Virus record (IMG/VR): IMGVR_UViG_3300046011_004498
Location: 1 to 64,000 of that record
Length of the DNA: 64,000 nucleotides
Direction: 5' to 3' (one strand)
Origin: a virus
Shown: in pieces, positions 16,018-28,800 of the stretch
Numbering within the stretch: the first letter of the stretch is position 1
Layout: each line of letters begins with the position of its first letter
Notes under the pieces: generated by a model
Seen by the model: only the letters and a program-made list of their open reading frames with translations
Told to the model about the DNA's origin: nothing
The model's database searches: none
Translations under genes and position numbers: made by a program

Positions 16018-16668
16018 ATGGCTGACGAAAATAAAAAAGTTGAAGGCGAAGACCTTATCAAAGCGGTGGAAGCTGCGAATAAGGAAGCCAACAACAAACA
16101 ACTTGCTCAAGAGCAGATTGAGTTTGAAAAAGAACTTAAAGAAAAGCTCCGTGAAAACGGTAAGCTTTTAGGTGTTACCTTCAGTCCGAATGAAGGTGTT
16201 CCCTCTATGGTCAACAAACTTAAAGAAGCTCGTGAACAGCTTCTTCAAGACCCGTTGATTGCTGATGTTACTCTGCCTGCTGATAAGCAGATTGATGAAC
16301 TTACAGCCCGTAAGAATCTTCGTCTGGATATGACTCGTCTGGTTCGAGTGCAAATTGCTTGCCTCAATCCTGCTAAAGCTGAACTTCCGGGAGAAATCTT
16401 TACAGTTCACAACGATGTTGTGGGTACAGTTAAGAAGTTTGTTCCTTATAATGAAGCCGGGGAAGCTTATCATATCCCGTTCTTCCTTTATAAGTTCCTG
16501 ACTCGTAAGAAGTATCTGCAAATCAAAGACCCTCCGAAGGGTTCTAGAGCAGCACCAACTACGAAGATGGTGCCTGAGTTCTCCATCAGAATTCTTGATC
16601 CGCTTACCCCGACTGAGCTTAAAGAGTTAGCTCGTGCTCAGGGTGCAGCTGAAGCCGCTGCGGACTAA
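16018..16668 (+). CDS. N4 gp55-like protein
   Basis: LNPAK..LPGEIFTV.N...G...KFVP; LDPLT..EL. Confidence 0.8.
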   Translation: MADENKKVEGEDLIKAVEAANKEANNKQLAQEQIEFEKELKEKLRENGKLLGVTFSPNEGVPSMVNKLKEAREQLLQDPLIADVTLPADKQIDELTARKNLRLDMTRLVRVQIACLNPAKAELPGEIFTVHNDVVGTVKKFVPYNEAGEAYHIPFFLYKFLTRKKYLQIKDPPKGSRAAPTTKMVPEFSIRILDPLTPTELKELARAQGAAEAAAD

Positions 16669-16695
16669 GATTCACACTAGAAGAAGCCTGAGCCA

Positions 16696-17718
16696 ATGAC
16701 TTGCAATCCAGCCCCAATCGCTGATGAGATGTTTGATGCTCTGAAGGAGGGCGTTGACCTCCCGGACTTGTCCGGTGTGGTTATGCCTGAATTCCCAGCC
16801 TTAGACCTCTCTGTCTTTATGGATACTCCATCCATCAAGATGGAAGATTTGACTGAAGGGCAGACCGGAGGCTCAGGCGTCTTCGATAAGTTAATGACTT
16901 CTGTGACTGCTCACCTTGATAGGGAGAGAACAGCAGGACGAATTACCAATAATGATTTTGCTAAGTCCTATGTAGATTTCTCTACTGGGGCTTTAGCAGC
17001 TGCTATTCAGTTCCTGCTCCAGAAGGATCAGGCTTACTGGCAGGCTCTGAGTGCTCAGACAGCATCTAAGCTGGCTCTTGTTCAGTTAGCTACAGCCCAC
17101 GTTGCCTTGGAGGAATCCAAGTACCGTATGCGCTTGATGGCTCATCAATCGGCTGCTGCTGAAGCTCAAACAGCTTTGGTTAAGATGCAATTAGCCACTG
17201 CTCGTATTGAGTTTTGTACAGCTGAATATCGTTTATCTGATATTCTTCCTAAGGAAGCAGATATTCTTGTTGAACAAAAAGGTCAGATTGAAGCTCAAAC
17301 AGCTAATATCGTAGCTACTACGACTGATCTGTTACCTGAACAAGTTCGTACTGCTGCTGCACAAGCTAATACTACTGAGTATCAGTTGGCTAATCATATG
17401 CCTAAGCAGACTCTTCTGATGACTGAGCAAATTAATGTAACCAAAGAGCAGCATGAAGCTGCTCGTGCTCAGACACTTGATACCAGATCAGATAATACTA
17501 CTCCGGTAACTGGTACGCTTGGTAAACAAAAAGATCTGCATACACAGCAGATTCAGTCCTATAAACAGGATGCTCAACTGAAAGCAGCACGTCCCTTCAT
17601 TGATGCGTGGATTACAATGAAGACGATTGACGAGGGTACATTACCCCCGGATAATTTTAACAACGCCAATCTCAATGCCATTCTTGGTATTATCAGAACA
17701 GATAACGATCTAGTGTAA
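16696..17718 (+). CDS. N4 gp54-like virion (tail tube) protein
   Basis: GSGVFDKLM, GKQKDL..QQI.SY and WIT.KTIDEG motifs. Confidence 0.8.
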   Translation: MTCNPAPIADEMFDALKEGVDLPDLSGVVMPEFPALDLSVFMDTPSIKMEDLTEGQTGGSGVFDKLMTSVTAHLDRERTAGRITNNDFAKSYVDFSTGALAAAIQFLLQKDQAYWQALSAQTASKLALVQLATAHVALEESKYRMRLMAHQSAAAEAQTALVKMQLATARIEFCTAEYRLSDILPKEADILVEQKGQIEAQTANIVATTTDLLPEQVRTAAAQANTTEYQLANHMPKQTLLMTEQINVTKEQHEAARAQTLDTRSDNTTPVTGTLGKQKDLHTQQIQSYKQDAQLKAARPFIDAWITMKTIDEGTLPPDNFNNANLNAILGIIRTDNDLV

Positions 17719-17727
17719 GGCTTTAAG

Positions 17728-19956
17728 ATGGGATTGTTTAGTTCTCGAAAAAAGACTTACGTCTCATCGGTAGTGTACAATCTGGCCGGTCCTGTAGAGG
17801 ATCGGCCAGACTATCTCAAAAGCATTATGCTCGGGAGTCTTCTGACTCAGAAACAGTTTAACCCCGGTGAAGCGATTCGTGAGGGTTATAAAACTGGTGT
17901 TGGGTTACGTCTGCGTAGTTACCATCGCTGGGCTAGAACCAACTATAAACAGGTCGGTATCTCCACAGACAGGTTCTATGGGAAGCCTGAGTTTGATCCT
18001 GCTTCAGTAGCAGCAGCAATGCTGGCTGACTTCGAGATTGATGCTGAGATTGATTGGATCGATAGTGGTTCAGCTGAAATTGAAATGTGGGGTCGTCAGT
18101 GGATGAGGGAAAATCTCCCTCTGAAAGAACCAACTGACACTTGGAGAGTAGATTACGTTGAAGCTACTGGAGACGGTCTCATCGTTTTTGACGATGGCAC
18201 TCCTAATGTTCTGTTCACACCAACAGGTTACAGAGGCACAGGAGATTATCTCTATGTCGCTTATAGCCGTATCCTGACAATAAACAGAAGAACCAGTCCT
18301 CAACTGTTTATCTACCGTAGAGGTTCTGGCTCCTTAGCTTTAGATGCCCTGTTTTTGCTTGGAGCAACAACAGGTGAGTATCTTCCTCAGATTCCTCTTA
18401 GACATGAGAATCGGTTTCTGTCGGAAAGCTACAAACCTGAGGTCTATGCTGAAGCAAAGAAAGCATACAAAAAAGCTTCAGGACAGAAGTATGATGAACT
18501 GATCAGCAAGATTGAGGAAAACCCTGATCTTGAAGACATCGACTTTGCCTACATATTCTTTGGTGTATCATTAAACACCGTGGATATGTCTTCACGTCGG
18601 TACATGTTTAGATACTTCAAGCATTTACTCGATAATCAGACAGTAAGCTCAAGTGCTTATGATGCTTGGCTCGCAAATCAAACAGATTTGAATGCTGATA
18701 TAAACTCATGGACTGATTGGTATGGTGACCAACTGGTCTTTGATCCGGGATTACCTACTGTGGGTACTCAGCCCGTACGACCTGTTGTGGCTGCTGCTCC
18801 AGAAAACTATGTAATCATTGAGGATAAAGGACCGGGTAAAACTAATCTCAAGATCGAGATTAGCTGGAAAAGTATGACTCTTTCTACTGGGTCTGGTCTT
18901 GGCCGTCCTGAAGCCGTCAGAGGGGATGTTTGGTTCACCTTTGTCGGTAATGAAACAATTGTAGCTAGTGCATACACAACTGATGAAGTTGAGAATCTTA
19001 CTATAGATACAATTGAAGCTTGGCACCAAGTATCAGATACTTCTTATGAGAAGATTGTCATTAAGGGTATGGTTCATAAGAATCACATTTACAATGGTAA
19101 GTCAGTTACCATTACAGCAGCACAAGCTTTGCTGGATGAAAGTGATTCTGAATTCCTTATTCCAATTCGATATGACACCTTCAGAGAGATGTCATTAGTA
19201 GACTCAACACAAATGAGCACACAGTGTGTGAACATTGTGTTTAATTGCTATCAAATTGTAAAGAAGCCTTGGTATGCGAGAGGATGGTTTAAGGTATTTG
19301 TGTTTGTTGCTGTAGTGGTTCTTACCATTTTATATCCTCCTGCTGGTGCAGCCGCAGGTGCTGCAACAACAGTAGGTACTGCTGCGGTTACTATTATCAC
19401 ACTTAATGTGATTATTAACGCAATCATCAGCGTAGTGGTCAATATGATCCTCAGTATGCTGCTGATGAAGATATTTACACACCTTGCTGTACAGGCTTTT
19501 GGTGAGAAAGTTGGTCAGATTGTTGCTGCTCTTGCTATGTTCATTACAATGAACGTTGGTAACGCAATGGCATCTGGACAATCTTTAGCATCATCATTCT
19601 CAAATCTGATGTCTGCTTCAAACCTGTTAGCAATGACCAATGCTGTGGGTAATGCTTATGCTTCTATGGTGAATGTTGACACCATGGAGATGTTTAAGAA
19701 GACACAAGAACTCATTGATAAATACCGCCAAGAGTCCTTGGAATTACAGGAACGGTATGCAGATCAATTTGGATATGGTACGGCACTGTTTAATCCAATG
19801 GCGCTGACTGAGGCTGCACAAAGCTTTTTCACAGAACCATCAGAGACATTCTTGTCTCGTACTTTATTGACAGGATCGGAGATTGCAGAGATGAGCAATA
19901 ATCTGATTACAAACTTCGCGGAGCTTACGCTTCGCAATCCGTATAGCGAGGATTAA
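17728..19956 (+). CDS. N4 gp53-like virion protein with C-terminal TM region
   Basis: MGLFS..KKTYVSS.VYNLAG start; KKPWY followed by hydrophobic helices. Confidence 0.82.
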   Translation: MGLFSSRKKTYVSSVVYNLAGPVEDRPDYLKSIMLGSLLTQKQFNPGEAIREGYKTGVGLRLRSYHRWARTNYKQVGISTDRFYGKPEFDPASVAAAMLADFEIDAEIDWIDSGSAEIEMWGRQWMRENLPLKEPTDTWRVDYVEATGDGLIVFDDGTPNVLFTPTGYRGTGDYLYVAYSRILTINRRTSPQLFIYRRGSGSLALDALFLLGATTGEYLPQIPLRHENRFLSESYKPEVYAEAKKAYKKASGQKYDELISKIEENPDLEDIDFAYIFFGVSLNTVDMSSRRYMFRYFKHLLDNQTVSSSAYDAWLANQTDLNADINSWTDWYGDQLVFDPGLPTVGTQPVRPVVAAAPENYVIIEDKGPGKTNLKIEISWKSMTLSTGSGLGRPEAVRGDVWFTFVGNETIVASAYTTDEVENLTIDTIEAWHQVSDTSYEKIVIKGMVHKNHIYNGKSVTITAAQALLDESDSEFLIPIRYDTFREMSLVDSTQMSTQCVNIVFNCYQIVKKPWYARGWFKVFVFVAVVVLTILYPPAGAAAGAATTVGTAAVTIITLNVIINAIISVVVNMILSMLLMKIFTHLAVQAFGEKVGQIVAALAMFITMNVGNAMASGQSLASSFSNLMSASNLLAMTNAVGNAYASMVNVDTMEMFKKTQELIDKYRQESLELQERYADQFGYGTALFNPMALTEAAQSFFTEPSETFLSRTLLTGSEIAEMSNNLITNFAELTLRNPYSED

Positions 19957-19958
19957 CA

Positions 19959-20507
19959 ATGAACGGCTGGCAAGGTTTATTCTCCGTACCCAGTGCTCCT
20001 CCTATTGGCTCACTCGGTAACATCAATACAGGTCCGGGTGGTTGGCCGGGAGCTTACGCTGGAAATATTCCAGGACTTAGAAGTGCTCAGCCTTTTAGTA
20101 ATTATGGGCCTGTACCAGCTGATCTGAACACCGGACTTGGTTTTGGTCCTCCTCCGTCTGCATCCGATATGTCAGCAAATGCTGCATTTGGTAATGGTAA
20201 CGGAATGAATAGAGGTTGGTTTGGAGTTGATGGATTAGGAAAGAATCTTGGTACTCTCCAACTTGGTATTGGGACTCTTGCTGCTGGTGCTAATATTTGG
20301 AATAGTCTCCAACAAAATAAACTAGCTAAAGCTAGTTTTAATCATCAAAAAGGTCTGCTTGATACCAATCTTGCAAACCAAATTAAAGCATTTAACCTTC
20401 AGCTTGATGATAAGCTTCGCTCTCGTCAGGTAGTTGAGGGCACCTCTGATGCTTCTAGAGAAGAAGCACGTAAGAGGTGGGAAGCTCGTGACGAACGTAG
20501 AGGATAA
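19959..20507 (+). CDS. N4 gp52-like ejection protein
   Basis: Gly-rich, Cys-free, NLANQIKAFN..L.D motif, synteny. Confidence 0.7.
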   Translation: MNGWQGLFSVPSAPPIGSLGNINTGPGGWPGAYAGNIPGLRSAQPFSNYGPVPADLNTGLGFGPPPSASDMSANAAFGNGNGMNRGWFGVDGLGKNLGTLQLGIGTLAAGANIWNSLQQNKLAKASFNHQKGLLDTNLANQIKAFNLQLDDKLRSRQVVEGTSDASREEARKRWEARDERRG

Positions 20508-20513
20508 AGCCTG

Positions 20514-22733
20514 ATGGCTCGTATTGAATGGCAACCTCTGGCGATCCCTGACATTGGGGAATCAGCCCTTAGAGCTCAGTCTGCTGCTGGCGCTTCTGTA
20601 CGTAGCGCGTTCCAAGACCTGTCTGGTGTGGTTGATCAATGGAAAGGTCAACGTAGAGAAGAAAACCTTACTGAGCTTTATCGTCGTCAAAATAGATTTG
20701 CCTTAGGCGCTGTCGGTCCTGACGGTAAACCTACAGGTATGCCTGACGTTGCAGGATACGTCGGTGATCTTGCTGACGGTGATCTGATGGGTGATCTCAG
20801 CTACTTAACAGCTGCTGATATAGCAAATGCTCGGGACTACTTAGGAACACTGCGTAGTGGTAGAGCAGCTGAGACGGCTTATGCTGACGGTAGGGTAGAT
20901 CGTACATTTACTCTTGATGAAAGAACTCGTGAAGCAGCAGATCGTGAGGCTGGTATTGCCGTTCAGCGTGGTCTTTATGATTTAGCAACTCAATTAGAAA
21001 CGGGTCAGATTACACGAGAAGTGTATGATGAAAGAGCTGCGCCCTTACTAAGACAAGCCAGAACAGCTGCTCAAATTGAAAATATTAGTGGTACAAGAAG
21101 CAGATCAATAGCAGCTGCACAGGCACAGTATACTTGGGATAGAAGTGTTCTTGAGGATACTCAGAATGACCGAGTTCAAGCTATTCTGAACCAAATTACG
21201 ACGAATAATGTTGATCAGTTTGGTGCTCTTACTCAGTTAAACAGAGACTTTAGCAATGAAGATGCTAAAGTTATTAATGCTGTAAGAAGTGCTATTCCGG
21301 GTGCATTTGATGTTCTTAACTCTGCTTTAGATGAACAAACTCTTCCGGGTACACCGGGAGCACCTAGTGCTCCTGGTTCCTTTGCTGGAACTCCTAGTGG
21401 AGGTGTTTATGATACTGTTCTTGGTAATGGACAGTTTGGGCAACCTCCAAAACCAATCAGTGAAATGACAGTTGCTGAGGCAATTTCCTTTGGTCGAAAT
21501 GTGTTAATTCCTAACACAAGAGGAAATCGTCAACTTGGTTTACCGCCTACACTTGGTTCATCCGCTGTTGGTGCATATCAGTTTACTCAAGAAACTTTAG
21601 CCGATTTTGCACCTCGTGTTCTTGGTCCTAATTGGGCCAGTGAAGTTATGTCTGGAGAGAACCAAGAGAAGTTAGCTCAAGCTATTTTCCAGAGCACTAG
21701 AGGTCAGCCTTCTGCATTAAGAGCACGTTGGCAGGGTCTTCAGAATATGTCTGATAGTGACCTTCGTGCTCTTGGTTCTATGCCGTGGGAACAAGCAAGA
21801 AATGAAATTGTAAAAGTTGAAACTGGCGGTCAACTTCCCGGTCCCACCAATCCTTCACTTGTAAGAACAACTCAAGGAAACTTACAAAGAGGTGTAAATG
21901 TTGGTACAGATACTGGTGCTGGTGGTCGTAATACTACTTTAGCTGCTGGTTATCTTGCTGCTACAAGACTTCCAACAGACACTGATGCACAGGCTGTGGC
22001 TTTAGAGCTTGTTGGTGAAGGAAGTCCTTTTGCAGGACAACAAACACATCGTTTAAGAGAAGATGTTCAGAATTTAATGAACCAAGCAAATGTCACAGCA
22101 CCTGTTGCGGCATGGGCTTTACGTTCAACTGCAAGAAATCGTGGATTAGGGGAAAGATTCTGGTCATTTGCAGAAGGCAATAGAGGTGCATCTGCTCCTA
22201 ATCGTGAAGCAGCTCTTGTTCTCATTCGTCGTGTTCAAAACGGTGATATGCAGGGTCAAGTTGAAGTAGTTAGCAGAAGTCAGGAACTTCAAACCAACTT
22301 AGCTGCGGCTCAAGCAGAAGAAGCACGAGCAAGAGCAGTTTATACAAGAATGACTCAAGCCCAAGCAGCAGGTAATGGTAGAGCAGATATTTCGAGATAT
22401 GCTCAAGCTGTTGAAGTAGCTGCTGCAAGAGTAGCTGCCATAAGAGCACAAGCTAATGATCCTACAATTAGTAGGACTAATGGTCAGGCTGGTTCCTACT
22501 TAAATGATTGGAGTACAGTTGGTGCTAGAGATGGAAGTCTTGTTAATAGGTTTTTAGGCGGTAACGTAGTAAGTGATCTGGTTAGACAACCTACTAGAAG
22601 TCAAGTTGTTCAAAGAGGAAGTGCTCCAAGGTTTGTAGGAGGTCAGTTAGTGAGGGGGGCACAACCTGCCCCAGCACCTACTAGAACCAGAACACCTCCT
22701 AGATTTACCCAGCGTCCTAGAGAGCCGAGATAA
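20514..22733 (+). CDS. N4 gp51-like ejection protein with lysozyme-like domain
   Basis: MARIEW start; SSAVGAYQF..TL motif; no Cys; directly upstream of vRNAP. Confidence 0.75.
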   Translation: MARIEWQPLAIPDIGESALRAQSAAGASVRSAFQDLSGVVDQWKGQRREENLTELYRRQNRFALGAVGPDGKPTGMPDVAGYVGDLADGDLMGDLSYLTAADIANARDYLGTLRSGRAAETAYADGRVDRTFTLDERTREAADREAGIAVQRGLYDLATQLETGQITREVYDERAAPLLRQARTAAQIENISGTRSRSIAAAQAQYTWDRSVLEDTQNDRVQAILNQITTNNVDQFGALTQLNRDFSNEDAKVINAVRSAIPGAFDVLNSALDEQTLPGTPGAPSAPGSFAGTPSGGVYDTVLGNGQFGQPPKPISEMTVAEAISFGRNVLIPNTRGNRQLGLPPTLGSSAVGAYQFTQETLADFAPRVLGPNWASEVMSGENQEKLAQAIFQSTRGQPSALRARWQGLQNMSDSDLRALGSMPWEQARNEIVKVETGGQLPGPTNPSLVRTTQGNLQRGVNVGTDTGAGGRNTTLAAGYLAATRLPTDTDAQAVALELVGEGSPFAGQQTHRLREDVQNLMNQANVTAPVAAWALRSTARNRGLGERFWSFAEGNRGASAPNREAALVLIRRVQNGDMQGQVEVVSRSQELQTNLAAAQAEEARARAVYTRMTQAQAAGNGRADISRYAQAVEVAAARVAAIRAQANDPTISRTNGQAGSYLNDWSTVGARDGSLVNRFLGGNVVSDLVRQPTRSQVVQRGSAPRFVGGQLVRGAQPAPAPTRTRTPPRFTQRPREPR

Positions 22734-22740
22734 TCTAAGA

Positions 22741-22780
22741 AAAAAGAAAGCTCCTCACATATTGTGGGGAGCTTTTTTTC
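22741..22780 (+). terminator. Intrinsic (probably bidirectional) terminator upstream of vRNAP
   Basis: AAAGCTCCTCAC/GTGGGGAGCTTT stem with flanking A and T tracts. Confidence 0.75.
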
Positions 22781-22826
22781 TGATACAGAAGACGGGTTAT
22801 CCTGCATTTGCACGGGCCGTTATATT

Positions 22827-25800
22827 ATGTCGAACGAACGTTTCCTTTCAGCAGTTCCTCAAGAAGCTGTAGAACCTGACTATTATAATGTAGGTGCTGC
22901 AAGATACCGAGGTAATGGATCGTTAGTTCCGAACGAACGCTTCCAAGATGCCCGCACAATGAATGCGGATGAGTTGGTAGCAAAATACGGCGAAGAGCAG
23001 GGCTTACAAATTCTTCGAGCTCGTGCAGGTGGGGATGCCTCTTTTCACGGAGATTTAGCATCTACTCGTTCAGGTCTTGCCCCTATAACAGATACAGCAG
23101 GTAGTGCTGCTACTGCTCTGTTTGGTGGATTAGGTGGTATTGCTGCTCTCGGTACTGGTCTTGTTAATCAAGATGCAGGTGTTGGTTTAGCAGACATCGT
23201 AAATGAAAATAGTGCTTGGGCCAGAGAGAACCAATCCTATGCTTTGAATGCACGACGTAGAGCGTCAGCTGCACAAGCAAATGTTAGTTCTGCTGATAAC
23301 CAAGCACGTTATGAACAAGAGCGAGAAGATGGTGAGGGTTTAGCCACTATCAGACGTATTGGTCGTAACTTTGTTGATCAATCTGCCATTACTGTCAGCG
23401 ATGGAATGCTGGTAACAGACAGTGTTGCTCAGGGCGTTGGTTCACTTGCTGGTGGTGGTGTAGTTTCCGGTGGCTTGAAAGCAATTGGTAGACAAGCTCT
23501 TACACGTTTTGGAGCTGGTCGTTCTGCTGCTGTAGCTATTGCTCAGCCTCGTGTTTACGATGCAGCTGTCGCTACTGGTCGAGTTCTCGACCGTAGTCGT
23601 ATGTCTTTAGCTATTGGTGCGCTTGAGGGTGGTGGTGCTTACACAGGCACAATCGATCAAGTGATGGCAATGTCTCATGATGAGCTTCTTGAAAGCTCTC
23701 AGATGTACAGAGAGCTTATTGATGCTGGTATCAATCCAGCCAGAGCAAAAGCTAGAGTTGCTAATAGAGCCGGTCAGATAGCTGCTGCAATCCAAGCACC
23801 TATCGGTGTAGCAACTGGTGCTTTAGTATCTAAGTTTGAAGCCAATCCTTTACGTGCTGGCTCATTCTTAACTGGTGCTTCTAACGTTCTTAAAGAGACA
23901 GTTGAAGAAGGTATTCAATCTGGTTCAGGCCAGTTTGCCCAAAACGTTGGTATTAGGTCTGCGGCAGATAATGAATATAACTTAAGCCAAGGTGTCGGTG
24001 AAGCTTCTGCTGAAGGAGCTATCGCTGGTGCTGGTACAGCAGGTGTGTTTGCTGGTCCTTCGGCAGTTATGGGTACAACAAGAGATTTAGCCCAAGGTGC
24101 TGCTGATTTAACTAGAAGACAGATTGATTCTCTTATTAATAAAGGAAGAGAAGAAAACAATCGTAATAGTGTTGATGCTCAAGCAGAGATTTCAAACGTT
24201 GTTAGAGCTGCTGTAGCTCCTAAAGTTTATGTTCCTACACAAACTGAAGGCATTGATCCTATCGATGATGAAGCTGAATTTACTACATACCAGAATGACT
24301 TAGCTGCTTTGGGTCAGCAGTTTGGGTTTGATCCTCAAACTTATGAACCAAAGACAGAAGCTGAAGCACGTCTGTTAGGTAGTATTCCTGCCGAGGAAGC
24401 TTCCAACATTATTGATGTGATGCAAGCAGCTGCCAATAGAATGGCAGAGCAAGATGCTACACCTGAAGAACGTCTTGAACTGGCTCTGTTTATTCATGAA
24501 CAACAGAACAGAATTACACCTGAGAATCTTGAAGCTGTCAGAGCATTACAGGCTAAAGTAACACCCGGTGGTGCTATTGCTAATGATCTGAAAACAATCA
24601 TTACTGCTCAAGCAGCTATTACAGACAACATCCTTTTCAAGGATAGTCTTGAAGCTGCGCTGAAATCTGTACCTCCGATAAAGGTTGAAGATGTTGAAGA
24701 TATTTCGACGCCGGAAGGTCAAAGGGCTGCAAGGACGGGTGCCCTTCAAACTATGCTCTTCCCGGAGACCGTACCCCAAGAAGTTCTCGACAGACTGTTC
24801 AAACACTCTGAGAATGACGATGCAGGCGAAATCTTTACGCCGCAGCAAAAGGTCGCTCTTCGTACCGAAGCTATGCTCTCAAAGACGCTCCAAGCGTCCA
24901 CAGCTGCCGCTGAAGTCTTGGGTGTTAAGCCTCCCGAAGCATCTCGTGTAGCCTTTGAAATCCAGTCTGCTGATGCTCAGGAAGCTGGCTCAGCAGGGCC
25001 ATCTGTTCGTGCTCACACAGAAGGTGTGAACAGACTGAAGGCCATGGGTGACACTGCTGGTGCAGCTGAAATGCTGGCTGAGTTTGGTAACTTTGCTCAG
25101 CACATGGCTAACAAATTAGCTGCTGTGAATGAGTCGTTCGTTGGTCGTACTGAAAAGAACTATAATCCTGAAGTTTTTTATCAAGCCTACAATAGAAAAA
25201 CTAAGGAATGGTACACACCCAAAAAGGGTTGGACTGTTGCTCGTTTTGGTAAGAATCTGAAGTCAATTGTGGATTCTCAGCAGATTGGTATCGATGCTGA
25301 GTACACTATTGATTCGTATAACCAGTTAGTTGCAGAAAATCCTGAACTTGGTCTTAAGCCTGTTGAAGCTATCCGTATGGATTCTGGGCTTAAAAAGATT
25401 GCTGATCAGGTGTTCAAAGATGCTAAGAAAGCAGACTTTGATGAAAAGAATCCTGATATTGTAGCTAAACGTAGTGAATCTACTACAATTGAAACAAAAC
25501 AACAAAATAATACAACAGATACTAAATCAACTGAAAAGAAAGTTGAACCTGTTGTAGAGCCAGATATCAAACCTTCTGTTGTTGTTGATGATCTTAAGAA
25601 TGAATCTATTCCTACTCTCGTTGCACTTCTGAAAGAAGTACAAGAACTTAAGGATGAAGTTAAGTTTGAACGAGTTGCATCTGAACTTCGTGTTCGTAAA
25701 CTTGAAGCTGAAGCAGCAAAAAATGCTGCTCAAGTTCAAGCAGCTGAAGTAGTCGCAGAACCGAAGGCGGAGCCGGAGGTTCAAGCGACGGAAGAAGCTG

Positions 25801-28800
25801 CGCCTGTTGAAAAGAAAACTACTTCTATCAAAGAAGAGTTTCCTGATCTGATCCAATCTACATCTGGAGAGAACCTGCTTCTTGATGGCTTCTCCCTAGA
25901 TGGGGAAAGTCAGACTCGTTTGGTTGGTGAAGGTGCTATTGCATTAGAAGATGTCATAGCAGCGGTAACCAATTCAGATGCTTTTGCAGAGATTACTGAA
26001 GAGCCTGAAGCAAAGCTTTCTGGTGATGTCACTCGTGCGTACAGCAAAGTTATGGGTGCTATTCGCCTCCCAATTTACACCCGGTTAATGGCTAGGTTTG
26101 CTGGAAGACGACTGAAAAAGAACGAGAAAATCTTTACGCCTGTTATGGATGGCAGAACGCCTTTGGATAAGAGTGATCCTCTTGGGATTGCCAACACCGA
26201 AGCACGCCTGCTCAGCTTGATGGAACGTAAAGAAGACGGTTCTCTGAACTATAACGACAAGATTCTGACAGCAGGCTTACTGGCCTTAGCCGATTGGTTG
26301 GCTCAGAACAGTGTAACTTCGCCTCATAGAGATGCCGACAGTGTTGCAAGATCACTTAATCTTACTCGTCAACCTATGTTGGTTGATGAGGAACTGGTGA
26401 ATGCATTTAATAAAGGTACTAATATTACGATAGCACAACGTTCATTAGCTAATAAGATTGAAAGATATCTTGGTCTTAAAGCAAATGCAGACGTTCCTAT
26501 TGGTCTTTCTCATGGTGTGACCTTAGGCTTTGCTGCTGAACTTCTTCGTGCAGCTGTTGAAGCAAAGTTTGTTCAGACTGAATCTGTTTATAAGTCTGAT
26601 GAGTTTAACTTTGTGTTTGTTAACGTGAACACAGATGAATTAGGTCTTGCTAAGTATGGGCAAGAAGGACCTAACTTTAAGGGTCAAACCAGACTCATTG
26701 AACGTATCGTCACAAATGATGAGAGAGCGGTTGGGTTTGCTCTGAAGCCTTCCGGTTTTGCTAAGAAAAAACAGAAGGGTGGTAATGCTGTTACGACGCC
26801 CGAGCAGATGGATACAGAGGTTCGTGAAAACGCTGTAGGTCACGGACTGAACATGCCTGTGTACGAGCGTTACGCACGCCTTGGTCCTGATGGTATGCTG
26901 CGCCTGTTTGGTAATGGTGTGCTGCCGCCTACCATGAACAAGAACACAAGGCTGTCCAAAGAGAGCCAGAATACTTCTGTGAAGGGAGCCTTCCAGACGA
27001 TCTTAGGTCTGATTGATCAGATGCAGACGGCTGTTAGTACAGCTACTTCTGCCGCTGAACTTAAAGATATTCGTGTGTATTATGAGTACATCTTTACCTC
27101 TGTAAATCGTATGCAGCAGCAAGCTGCTTACGGGAACCAATCATCTAAGATGGTTCGAGAGGTTCTGACTCCTAACGGTAACGTTGTAGACTTATCTTCT
27201 ACAGACACTGCTGATTATCAAATGTGGCGTAGAGGTCTGGCTCAGGCTTTAGGTATTAAAGTTGAACTCCAGTTTGATAGTGTCTGGGATGCTAACTTAG
27301 AGAAAATCTTGCAAAGCGAAGAAACACAGAAAGCTGTTTCTATGCTTCAAAACTATACCAATGTTGAGCCAAATGCTCTCATTGATGCTGTGAAGGATGT
27401 ATTCCGCAATAAGAATAACCCTCTAATTGATCCTGAAGTTCCTGAAGTAGGGTTCCATGCTTTAGTATCTTACGCCGATTATCTGACAGCTAAAGCGAAC
27501 GGAACAGCATCTGCCTTTACCACTCACATCTATGTGGAAGCAGACGGTAAAGTGGACGGTGCCACTAACTCGCTGTTCTATATGAGACTGGGTGGTTTTG
27601 ATCTTGAGATGATTGAAGCCCTGACAAGAGGTGGTTTCGACTTCAGCAAGACACCTATCTCATTGGCTCAAACCTATGAGCCTAATGCAGAGGGTGTTGT
27701 TCCCGGAGATGCATATCAAGTCAGTGGTGTTCGCACTGGTGTCTATATGCAGGAGACAATCCAGAATGTGATTTCCAAGGCTAATGATTCTGCTCAAAAG
27801 TCTAAGCTTATCAATCAAGTTGAGGCAATGAACATCGTCATGACAACGCTGCTTGGCTCTAAGGAGTTCAGGTATAAGCGAGATGGTGAGCAGTGGAATT
27901 TCGAGATCGGTCGTGGGCAGCTGAAAAACCCCATGACAATTACTGTCTATGGTTCAGGTGTTAAGGGCATTGCTGACAAAGTAGCCAAAGAGCTGGCTGG
28001 TAAATTGTATGAAGAAATTTCCAGAGCCAATGCATTAGCTGTTCAGAATAAACAGCCCGATAACTGGGCTACTTTCATGTTCTATGATGGTGGTAAATTT
28101 ACAGAAAGTGCCACTAAATCTGTGACATTCTGGAAAGCTCTTGATGTTCTGACTTCTGCAAGTGTTCGTAGTTTCACCGACGATGGTGGTCAGCAGAAAT
28201 ATTATACCAAGAAAATGGATGAAGCCCGTGCTCCGGGAACTTCAACATCTGCTGTTCAGTACACACTGAAAGCTCAAACTTTAGAACTGTTGTCTGATAC
28301 AATTAGACAGTTCTACGTAAGGCCAATGGTTGATGCTATCAACAAGGAGATGGGTTCATCTATTGATGGTTCTAAGTTGATTCAAGAATCAACAAACTTA
28401 CTGTCCTCGTTAGCTAGAGCAGCATTTGATCGACTCATCGCAGTTGAGATGCAGAAGATCAAAAACAAGAGCGATGGTCTGTCTCCTAACCAGATCAAAA
28501 CCATCATGTCTAAGGTAGCTTTCCTGCTTCCTTACATTGAAGGTGATGAGATCAATATCAACGTTAAGGGACTGGAGATGTCCCCAATTAACGTAATTGA
28601 TCCTAAGACAGGTAAACCAAGCAGAATTCCATACGCATCGACCATGAATGGTCCTATTTTCACGCAGTTGGAAATTCCTACACCGCAGATCGCAGGTGTG
28701 GCTGGTGGTTCATATCTGAACATTGCTTATGGTGATGGTCGTATGATCATCAAGGCTTCCCCCGGTCTGATCGGTGGTCGTCTTATGATCTTCGACGGTA

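Noticed and set aside
22764-22826. N-terminal extension of vRNAP in the ORF track
   Set aside because: It starts inside a terminator and encodes Cys residues absent from the rest of the protein.
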